A DNA stretch of 64,000 nucleotides, taken from contig NC_045697.1 in the NCBI RefSeq assembly GCF_009834535.1, forward strand, positions 43,650,001-43,714,000. The letters are read 5' to 3'. The stretch comes from Camelus ferus (taxonomy: Eukaryota). Numbering within the stretch: position 1 is the first letter of the stretch; each line of letters starts with the position of its first letter. The position numbers were made by a program, and so were the translations under genes. The notes below the pieces were generated by a model. That model saw only the letters and a list, made by a program, of their open reading frames with translations. It was not told the origin of the DNA and ran no database searches. Positions 53,245 through 64,000 of the stretch are shown piece after piece.

Positions 53245-54807
53245 TGATAGATGATGCAACCAGTGGCTATAGGGGGGGGGGAATCTTAGTAGGTGAGAAG
53301 ATTAATTTGGTGTATCGGATATCTAAGTTTTCTCTGCGTTGGTATCAGATTTATTAAATTGTAATCGCAGGCTCAGCTAGCTCCTTGTCGGATGCTTTCG
53401 GTTATAATTTAAACATCATAAATCCCCAAATATTAGATGTGCAAATGCTTATTTCATACTATGGGCTAGGTTCAAAACCTATGTATGAAGTTAAGTAGTG
53501 AAGTAGTTTTAAACTACAGTGCTTGTTTTTTTAAAACGTTCATTTTTATGAAATTAAAAAACACTAAAACCTTGAGCCTGAGAAGTAGTGTCTTAAGAGT
53601 AAGTGCTTAATAACTTGCTAATACTGTTTAGAGAATATCGTACTGAACAAAAGCTAGTGACTTCTGCAAAATTTTGTGCCCTTTATTTTATAGTAAAGAT
53701 CTGTCTTCTCCAATATAGTTTTTTTGGCGCAGTCCTAGTAGATTGGAACGGATATCTTTCATGTATACACCTTTAAATAACTTTGTAGGTTAACAGCTAG
53801 CAAAGAGCAAGGAAATTATTTTGGAATGTCTTAGTGTAAATATAAGCAGAATGGGTCTGTAAGTCCTCTGTAGCTTAAAGGATTAGTGCTTGCAAAGTAC
53901 CATAGTGTTAGAGGGGCCTTTGTTTCTTAGATCTTTTTCCTGAAGTCTTTAAAAGGTGGTTTTCTGGATAGTTGCACTTGCTTTGTCTCTTGTCCCAGTT
54001 TTTTCTAGAACACAAGAGTGTAGAGTTATGAATTTTTCCCTTTTGATTCCAGTCAAGACTCACCTTATGGAAACATTCCTTTTGTGCTCTTGTTTCACTG
54101 GAGTTTTTTTTTTTTAAAGCATTCTTAACTAATTATAAAGAAGATTAAAAAATTGTCAAGCACATTGGATCTTTAAATGTGCCAAGTAAAATAACTGAAT
54201 TATCTGAAATTCGAGGAAATCACCACTGTTGTGGCAAGGTGCCAGCGTTTTAAAAAGAATCAGGGCTCACAGCTTTCCTTTTAGAGAGCAGGCTCTGATA
54301 CTAAATTCCAGATCTTTAATATTTTGCACAATTTTTAATCTAAAAACCCACCCCTGTGTCATTTGGTAGCTCAGAAGCCTCCACTGGCTCCCAGAAGCAT
54401 GTGCCTGTCATTAACCCAGAGTCTTGGCCAGTCATTCCAGATGGTCCATTATTGGCACTGTTCTTATTTACCTATGATTTCCTTACTCACAAATGGGAGG
54501 CTTATCTTCTGAGGAGAAGTGCTCTGCTCTTCGGTGCTCAAACTTTTGCTCATTTCTGGCTTTAAGCCTTTCGTGATAGTGCCAAAATTGCAGTGGTATT
54601 TACAGTTTCTTCAACTCATGTTAGTTTAACTGGTCAGGTTTGCCAGCTAAACTGGAGTGCACCTGGTCTTTCTTTTGTGTGCCCACCACCCGGTAGCACA
54701 CACTTGTACACGTTGTAGAATATTTGGGGAATACTGGTTCTTTAAGTCACTGACTGGTAATTCCATCAGCCTATTCCACATACTGTTTCTTATTTTTATC
54801 CTCGTAG

Positions 54808-54942
<135 letters not shown>

Positions 54943-57900
54943 TGAAAAGGATCAGCATAAATTACTTTTTAAGCCGTTAAGAAATAGAATTTCTAAAAGC
55001 AAGTTTTAGAAGAATATATTGCACTCATTTCTCAGTTAAAATTAAGGCTATGCCCTAGTCTAAAGGGAAGGAATAGTTTCGGCCATAGGAAGCAGATTAA
55101 GATTACTGTGGGGAAACAAGGATGTAACAGCTCGTGTGTACATTTAAGTGGCAGGAAGACAGTCCAACAGAAGAAGGAACCAATAAGCAAGACAAAAAAA
55201 AAAAAGATAAAACAGGTTGGACAGAAACGTAAAATGCTGCAGAAAAGTTGGAAGATGAGAACTGAAAAAACTCAGTGATTAAATAATTGAAAACCGTAGG
55301 TAATTTCTGGGGTATAAGGGGAAAAGGCCAGACTACAGAGGGTTTGAGGAGTAGACGGTGAAGCAGCTGCAGCTCCTGGCAGCTGTTTATTCAGAAAAAG
55401 ATGAGAAAGGGAGCTTTAAAATACATAGGAACTTTTCTTATTATCTAATATATGCACTTTTTTCCTAAGCATATTTTTTTAAACAAAATTGGTGGTATAC
55501 TTTATAAAAAATTTGCCAACATGACATCCTCATGTCATGACCATTTTCTCATGTTAAATAATCCTTTAAATATTATTTTTTATAACTACACTGTATTCTC
55601 TATGGCCTTCCTCTTCTGGCTCTATGTGATTTCTGCAGTCCTTTAAATAAATAAATTATAATAAAAATTATTTCCAAGTTTTCCTTATTGTAGATTATAC
55701 TACAGGGAACATCCTCGTACACAGATACTTTTCTACATCTATTATAGGTAGATTCCTGGGAATGGTATTACAATGTCAGAGGCTATGAGCATTTTTAAAG
55801 TTCTTGATCTGTATTAGCAAATTAGCTTTCCAGAAAGATTCTGTCAGTTTATACTCATGCTATATGTCATCTTTTGTTTACCACTTTAAAAGGTTAAAAA
55901 TGAAACTACATATGTAACATAAATGTATATACAAATTTGTATACTTGTGCGTATAAATGAATGTATGTATGAAGTAAATATGTAAAGTAAATTTAAGCTC
56001 GTTCTCATTACAGTCGCCTCTGTGGCAACGGCTGTTGGTTTTATAAGTTTTTTTTACTCATTAGCAATACATAACACACAAGTATAATTAATTGTATGTA
56101 TATTTTTATTTTTACAAATGGGATCATACCATATACATGGGTAAATAACTCCAAGAAATCATTAGTGCAGAAATGTATGAATGCATATGGTTTGCAGTTC
56201 TTTCAGATGACTTCTTAGTCCTATTGTGTGGATGTACCATAACGAACTTAACCAGCTATGAGTGACTTCCTGTGTTTTTTTGGTTAATACAAAACGATGT
56301 AACAACAAACATTTTATAGTGTGTACATCTTTGTGCCTGTGAGTATATCTGAAAGTCAGATTTCTAGAGGTAGACTGTTGCCTTCTGGAAAAGTCATGCC
56401 GTCTTAGATTCCTCCACAAAACGTGAAAGTGCTTGGGTCGCCATACTCTTACCGCCACTAGGTATTATCAACTCGTAATCTTTGCTAATTTGGTAAATGA
56501 AAAACATTTTAATTTGCATTTCTTTTTTGAAGTATAATTGACTTACAGTGTTATGTTAGCTTCAAGTATACACCATAGTGATTCAGTACTTTTGTCAGTA
56601 ATACTCAATTTCAAGTTATAAAATACTGGCTATGCTCCCTGTGCTGTATGACACATCTTTATAGTTTATCTTATGTATAGTAGTTTGTACCTTTTAATCC
56701 CTAATCCCCTGCTAATTTGCACTTCTTAATTGCAAATGAGCTTGTTAATGTGTTTGACTTCTGGGGAGTCCTTTTTATTTGAAAAGGACAGGCCTGTTCA
56801 TGCTTTTATTATGTTTCTACTGGGCTATTTTGCTTTTTCTTGCTGATTTGTAATACCATATCATAACTTAAGGAGATGGCCTTTCGCCATGTGTTACACA
56901 TGTTTATACTGTTTGTAATTTTATTTTGTTAGTGTTGTTTTTCTTTCTGCTCACACAGGAGCTTTAAAAGCAAGCCCTTCGGGAATTTTTTTCCCCTAAT
57001 TGTAATTGGCATGCCGCCCAAAGTATCTAACGTATTTTAAGAGTTTAATTAAGTATCTACTTATTGAGCAACTCCACTGTGCTGGGACAGTGCTAAGCTT
57101 TAAGGTATTGGGCAAGTCCTGTAGGAACTTTATTTGCCTAAATTATTTTGAAAAGTTCAGTTACTTTAAAACATGACTAAAAGATAAAATTCAAGATCCA
57201 CAAATTACTGCTTTGCTCTAGTTAATGAGATTTTCATCATTTTTATACTTTGTCTTATCTACACAGAATGCATTTGGCCAGTTATTAGTTAGACTTTCTG
57301 TTCAGTGTTTTTTCAGACAGGGATTTATCTCAGGGCAACATATATTTGCTGGAAGAAGAATGTCTAAAGAGGATGATCACTTTTCCTGTTTTTTTAATGG
57401 ACTAAATTACTCTTAATAATTAATAACTTGATATACATATCAAGCTATTGAAACAGTGACTTCATATAGTTCTCTCCTTAAAGATGGACTTTGCAGGTAC
57501 AGAGATGCAGAGATGTCTACAGCCTTCAGATGTTTACTTGAAGAGATCTTCAGCAGCAGTTTGACATTGGGTTTCCTCGTCTATACAGAGATTCACAAAC
57601 TCTACATAATCAAACTGATGTCTTTGATTTATATGGCCAACAAGATTTTGAGTAGTCTGGCTTGGATCTCCCCAAGGAAGAGACCCACAATAGGACACGT
57701 CACAGGAACTGTTTGAAATAGGTGATTCCAGTTACAGTGATCCAGTAAATGCTGTCTGATAAAATTTGATTCCTGACACAAGGGACACGTGAAAGTGGGA
57801 TGCCTAGAAGACCTTGTGTTGTCCTGATGAGTGTCTGTGTGATCAGGTGTGAGTGTCTCCTTTCACTGTTCCCTGTGGAATCTTGAGAGAGCTGAAATGG

Positions 57901-58507
57901 TAGAGGACACACTGTATTCCTCTTGATACTCCTTACATGATTTGTAATGATGTCTCATGTGATAGAGTTTAGTGTTTTCACAGCATCTGCAGCTACCTGA
58001 ATTTACGTGTATTTAGATATATGTAGTATTTCTATTGACAGACTAAAACTCAGCTCTTAAAAGATGTTGAATTTTTTTTTCAGTCTGCAGTTAACATTGA
58101 CAAATCCTTTATGAAACAACTACTTGGGATAACAAAAGGATAATCTCTTTAGCAGCTGTTTTTATCAGTTTGGTAAAATTAGCATAACCATTTCAGAACT
58201 CAATGAAAATACAGCAGCTGTGAATTTATCTTTTGTGTGGCTTTATTAAACCTGTTTAGAAGGAATATGGCATTTTAGGCACGGGTGAGGCTCTGGGTTT
58301 GGATTTTGGCTCCACCATTGGCTTGGGTGAGCCACTTAATCTCCCTGCCTGTTACCTCACCTTTAAAACGGAAGGAATAGTAACATCTGTCTCATAGGTT
58401 TGTTGTTAAATGAGATAATGGTAAAGTACTTTCTGGCATGAAGTGCTCAATATATGCTATTCAAATGATGATTAATGTAATCATAACTAAAAATTCTTTT
58501 TTTCTAG

Positions 58508-58544
58508 ATATTCAGAAATACATTCCATGCTATCAGCTTTTTAG
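58508..58544 (+). CDS. ABRAXAS1: ABRAXAS1 coding exon 3
   Basis: tttttctag|ATATTC...TTTTAG|gtgagt; 37 nt; (D)IQKYIPCYQLF(S), in frame with exon 2. Confidence 0.95.
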
Positions 58545-59837
58545 GTGAGTAGTAAGAGCAAATAAATGATCTTTTGTCAAAATTATTCTCTGCAAGTGAA
58601 TTTTTAAAACTAACAGAGTATCTTAGCTACCAGTTATACATGGTGGTATGGATTAAAATTAAGACTTGTTAGAAATACCTGAAAATGCACTTGTTCGTTT
58701 CAACCCTGTCTAATAGTTCTTTCTCTGTATTTATATGCTTGCTTTAGCTGGTCTCCACTGCCTCTCCCAGGTACCAGTTTACCTTGAGGATTGCTTTTCC
58801 TTCACACACCCAGTCGCCTCATTGCATATTATAAACTCAGTGACGTGTTCTCATACATCAACAGCAGCCCTTTTTTCTACCCTTTTATTCCAGTTTATTT
58901 TATCATCTGTTTTCTCACTTATATTTTTTAATGTTATCTTTTGTTTATTACCTGGTTAGTTTCTTTATCTAACCTGCTTCCTATTGCTTTTCTAGGGTGA
59001 GAACTTGCACTCTTAGTCGTACAGATAGTAGTGGTAGTACTCTTAGCCCTGATAGGCTGTGATATTGTTAAAAACTTTTTATTGAGGAATATGCACAGAA
59101 AAGTGCACAAATAAATGAACTTTCATAAAGCAAACAAGTGTAACCATAAACAACACGGTGCAATAGCTTTATGTGGGATAGCTTTATGATGCATATAAAT
59201 CGTACATGAAAAGTCAGCATCGCTGTCTCACAGTCACACCATATGTACTCGTCTCTGAGGCTGTGTCAGAGTTGCAGTGGAGCATGTGGTTAAGGTGAGA
59301 AGCATGAGTGGTAGGGAGGACAGAAATAAAGGCTTGGTGTGGCCTTAACCTGCTGTAGCAGAAGGGGGCACAGCTCCTGTGTCACCTAACATCAATGAGT
59401 ATAAAAAAAATTTGTGTTTGTTGAATGAGGGATTCTTGGTGGAGACCCATAAAAAGGACTTCCTTAAGGGACTCTGGGCCTACAAAGATTAGGAGGGAGA
59501 GTGAAAAAAAGAGTGATTCAGTATCTTCTGGCAACTACTTTAAATAATAAGACCAGCTTAACAGAGTCTTAGAGCTGAGGAAGCCATCTGATCCAGTGAT
59601 GAGACGCCCATGCCTCGACCTTTTAGTTTTACAAACCTGGGGTTTGGGGGAAGAACTGGAGAGCAGTAGGGCAGACCTGGAAGAATCGGGGTTCTTTGAG
59701 TTCTAATCCAGCAGCATACCAGGCTGTTTCTTCCTTGTTTTAAATCATACAAGTGACCATATTAAAAACAGTCTTCTGATACCATACTTGTTCGAGCCTG
59801 AGCTGGATAAGCTTTAATCCCAGTTTTATGTTCTAAT

Positions 59838-60025
59838 ACAGAGGGTGGCAGAGTCTAGCCCCATGGCCTGTTTTTATATGCCCTTTATTTATGAATAGTT
59901 AATATATTTTTAATATAATTTGAAAAAAGAACAATGGAGGAATATGTAACAGAGACTATGTTCAGCAAAGCCTAAAATATTTACTATCTGGCCCTTTACA
60001 GAAAAAGTTTGTCAACCCTGCTGTA
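59838..60025. mobile_element. MER58-like hAT MITE
   Basis: aaagcctaaaatatttactatctggccctttacagaaaaagtttg.caaccctg. Confidence 0.8.
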
Positions 60026-60289
60026 ATACATTGTTTCTCAAAGTTTTCCACTGAAATACACTGATTCCTTTACCTCAGAAATCTGGGGGAAGGACCTGGA
60101 AAACAGCCCACTGAAGTCACTTCAAAAAAAAAAGTATGCAGTTCAACATGAATTCTGCTGCACCACACAGTGTATCTATTTCTACATAAAAATGCCCCCC
60201 TTCCCAGAAACTTCACATAAAATCAGTGCTTGCACAGAAGATGTACACTGTTGTCCTATTGTTCCTTTGTTTATCATTGTATTATCTAA

Positions 60290-60416
60290 TTATTTTATTT
60301 TGGTGGGAATGGGGGAAGTAATTAGGTTTATTTATTTTTAGAGGAGGTGCTAGGGATTGAACCCAGGACCTCTTGCATGCTAAGCATGCCCTCTCGCTTG
60401 AGCTATATCCTCCCCC
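60290..60416 (-). mobile_element. Vic-1-like SINE, long form (ABRAXAS1 intron 3)
   Basis: Reverse-complemented head and gggggaagtaattaggtt segment. Confidence 0.86.
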
Positions 60417-61436
60417 TCTATTGTTTCTTATATACCCTGATGTATTTATTGCCTTATGCCCCAGTTTGAGAATCTCAGAAGTGGACCGTCCTAGAGAAAT
60501 ATAGGAATAACCTCTTTTTAGATTTTTCGTGTTGGAATAAATAGATAAAATGGAGGGATCTGTTCGATGAGCTGAGTTACCTCTCCCTATGGTAGGTGGA
60601 ACATTTTATTTTGTCTGTTTTGTAAGTTAATATATTACCTGTTAGGATATATTTTTTCAGTTTTATGTAACTGAATTTTTTCAGTGTACAGATTAGAATT
60701 ACCAGTAAAAGCCTATTACAGTGAATGTTATTTGTCATGGATTCTGCCTAACATATTTCATCATAGAAAAGAACAGTGTTGATCCTGATGAATGTTAAAA
60801 GGAGGAAAATACTATTTGCAATTCCTGGAGGGAAAAGAAAGCTGGAAGTAAATGCTTTAGAATCTTTTAAAACTATTTTCCCTTTCTCCCTACATCTTTC
60901 CCATCTCCCTACATCCAGCTACAGAACAAAGATCACTATAACTAAACCAATAACCTATCCCCCTCCTTACCCCCAAACAAAAACAACCAACTCCCAAATC
61001 ACTTCTCTTAATTTAAGTATAGCTTTTGGAATTAGCAATGAATAAATTGTCTTTTTGTTACTGTCCTTCATTACTCATATTACCCATTCTTTTGTATGTA
61101 TCATTATTGTAAAAAAAAAAAAGTTTTGTTAAGTAAATTGTTAACTAGCTATGTGAACTCACAAGTATCTGTATTTAATGGATAGTTTGTTTTGTTTTAG
61201 GTTTTAAAAAATGTGATGTCCAAACTTACCCCTTGAAGTTTCTCTACTCCTTTTCCTCTTTCATTGCTTGTGGACCTCATATTTCTACCACTTTAAGTCT
61301 GTTAATTTGAGAACTTTCTCTCCTGTTTATTTTAGAACTTCACCTCACAGGCAAGTAGGTATGTGGATTTTGGTTAGGTAGTTACTTTAGGAGTTACTAA
61401 ACTTGAAAGTGCTAATAAAACCGTTCATATTTTTAG

Positions 61437-61595
<159 letters not shown>

Positions 61596-62141
61596 TAAAA
61601 ATGTGTAATACTTTGACAGAACTTGTAAGCAGCATTTATTTGCACAATGTCATATGTAAAGCAGGTGAGGAAAGGTTTGTTCTTTCTGGAATTTCAGAAG
61701 GGTTGCTCGGAAAGCAAAGCTAGTCATGAAAAGTCTTCCTCTTGTTCTCATCCTTCCCTTGACTGTTATGGTTACATCGATCTCCTCTTCTCCATTCCCA
61801 CCCTACCCCTTCCCAGGACCACTTGCTGTAGGACTTCATCGACTGCTGGTATTTTGCATAGCTACAGTTACTATTTCTTACAGTGCAGGGATGACGTCCT
61901 ATACAGCACCTAATTTGAATCCTCCACAGCATACTTAGTGTTCAGTTAAAACTTGTTGAATGATCATTTTCCAGATACAAAGTTTTCTCTGGGTCCTTTT
62001 GTCCTCGTAAAACTTTTTGATCTCCCAGTTGAGAATAAAATTAGATTCAGTAAAAGAAGTTTCTTTCAAAAAACATCCTTTGTTGAAATTGCTTGGGTTT
62101 TTCCCCCGATTATATTTGGGCATTTAAAAATGTACCTGTAA

Positions 62142-62620
62142 TATACAATGGAATATTACTCAGCCTTAAAAAAGAATGAAATATTGCCATTTGCAGAAAC
62201 AAGTTATGAACCTAGAGATTATCACACTAAGTGAAGTCACAGAAAGACAATGTCATATGATATCACTTACATGTAGAAACTAAAGAATGAGACAAATTAA
62301 CTTATTTATAAAACAGAAGCAGACTCACAGACATAGAAAACAAATTTATGGTTACCAAAGGGGGAAGATAGGGGGAGGGATAAATTAGGATTTTGGGATT
62401 AACAGACACACTACTATATGTAAAATAGATAAATAACAAGGGCCTACTATAGAGCACAGGGAACTATATTCAGTATTTTATAATAACCTATAATGGAAAA
62501 TAATCTGAAATGGAATATATTTGTATAACTGAATCACTTTGCTGTACACCTGAAATGAACACAACATTGTAAACCAGCTATTAAAAAATAAAAAACACAT
62601 GCACACAAAATAAATGAAAA
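62142..62620 (+). mobile_element. L1 3' end (ABRAXAS1 intron 4)
   Basis: caatggaatattactcagccttaaaaaagaatgaaat...ataactgaatcactttgctgtacacctgaaa plus A tail; degenerate TSD aaa.atgt.cctgtaa. Confidence 0.88.
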
Positions 62621-63050
62621 TAAACATGTGCCTGTAAAACTGTTTTAGTTTTAGAAGAGAAGTACCTTTAATTTCCTCAGTTTAAATATGCAAATATGAA
62701 AAGTTGCTGAAACTGTCAGATATCTTTAAACAAAGTGGTGGTTTTTCTCTTTGTTACAATTACTACTGAGTTTTCAGGAAATGAGATTTATTTTTCCAGT
62801 TTAAAAAAAAAGGTTTAGTAATACTAACAGCACATTTGTTTGGCATGTTATAGTTTACAAAACCCCTTCATATGATCTTACTCAGCCTTGAAACCAGCTC
62901 TGTGGGGTAGGTGGTGACACTCCCATGTAAATTTCAGTTAAAAGATACTGGGTTCCGTTTACTTACGTAGCAGACCAGTATCCATAGAGGAAGTTAACTT
63001 GTTTCATTGACATTTTCTTCATTTAAATTTTGATTAAAGATTAAGATTTT

Positions 63051-63260
63051 TTGATGAGTTTATTTTATTTTATATATGTATTTATTTTATTGAACTATAA
63101 TCAGTTTACAATGTTGTGCCAGTTTCTGGTGTACAGCACACTGCTTCAGTCATATAGGAACATACATATGTTCTTTTTCATATTCTTTTTCACCGTAAGT
63201 TACTACAAGATACTGAATGTTGTTCCCTGTGCTATACAGTATGAACTTGTTGTTTATCTT
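63051..63260 (-). mobile_element. Short L1 3' end with TSD (ABRAXAS1 intron 4)
   Basis: ttacaatgttgtgccagtttctggtgtacagcac...; 13-bp TSD AGATTAAGATTTT (63038-63050, 63261-63273). Confidence 0.85.
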
Positions 63261-63595
63261 AGATTAAGATTTTAAGATAGCAAATGCCATGAAAGAAACT
63301 AGAGGAAGTTAAGAATTTTTTTCCCTCTAATCTATATTGAATAAAGTTGGAAAATATGTTTTATAAAAATAAAATGGAAAATAGTTTAACCACACATTAG
63401 TTTGTACACTTTTCAAGAGGTAAAATACATTCTTAAGTGTATGCTTTGTTTATATAGGCCCCAAATCTTGCTAAATATTAAGAAAGCCATTTTTAAGGTT
63501 GTCAGTTTTCTGATTGCTTAATCATGACAGTAAGACACGTAATAATTTGTAACCCTTAAGGCATACGCCTGATTTTTTTTTGTATTTTCTTTCAG

Positions 63596-63789
63596 GATGT
63601 AGTTGGTTGGTACAAATTCCGACGTCATTCAGACCAGATCATGACATTTAGAGAGAGACTGCTTCACAAAAACTTACAGCAGCATCTTTCAAGCCGGGAA
63701 CTTGTTTTTCTGTTATTAACACCGAGTATAATAACAGAAAGCTGCTCTACTCATCGGCTGGAGCATGCCTTATATAAACCTCAGAAAGG
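63596..63789 (+). CDS. ABRAXAS1: ABRAXAS1 coding exon 5 (gene continues beyond the window)
   Basis: ttctttcag|GATGTA...AAAGG|gtaaat; 194 nt; [64 protein letters not shown](G). GWYKFRR in place of the catalytic JAMM GWYHSHP is as expected for the inactive MPN- domain. Confidence 0.96.
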
Positions 63790-64000
63790 GTAAATGGGGC
63801 CAGTCACTGGCTGTCTCCAGCTAACAGAAAAACACAGTCAATACTTTTATTGTACTTTTTGCAGCTTATCAACTATTTTCCTATATTATTACATTAGATC
63901 ACAATAACCCCTTTCAGTCTGCCTTACCATCAATTCTTTATATATGGGAAAATGAAGGTCAGATAAGGAAGCTAGAAGCCCAATAGGGAGTGATGACTTG

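Overview
Mammalian, repeat-rich genomic DNA, most likely a camelid (alpaca/camel): about 13 copies of a tRNA-Ala-derived SINE resemble the camelid Vic-1 family. The window holds the 5' ends of two divergently transcribed genes, as at the human ABRAXAS1-GPAT3 locus. GPAT3 (AGPAT9) is on the minus strand, with coding exon 1 at 28814-28674, exon 2 at 20865-20799 and the rest beyond base 1. ABRAXAS1 (FAM175A) is on the plus strand, with coding exons 1-5 between 52726 and 63789, continuing past the window end. Each gene starts in a CpG island. The ~24 kb intergenic spacer is packed with LTRs (ERV1, ERVL, MaLR), L1 fragments and hAT MITEs. I see no convincing new multi-gene system, and nearly all ORFs in the supplied track look spurious. 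The best leads are a candidate unannotated GPAT3 exon at 9371-9296 (poison exon, or alternative N-terminus in phase with exon 3), a tailless tRNA-Val 5'-half retrocopy with target-site duplication, three intact solo LTRs around the GPAT3 promoter, a nested ERV gag-pro relic, and two SINE subtypes with a diagnostic base. Repeat family names come from recalled consensus sequences, not a search, and repeat boundaries without TSDs are approximate.
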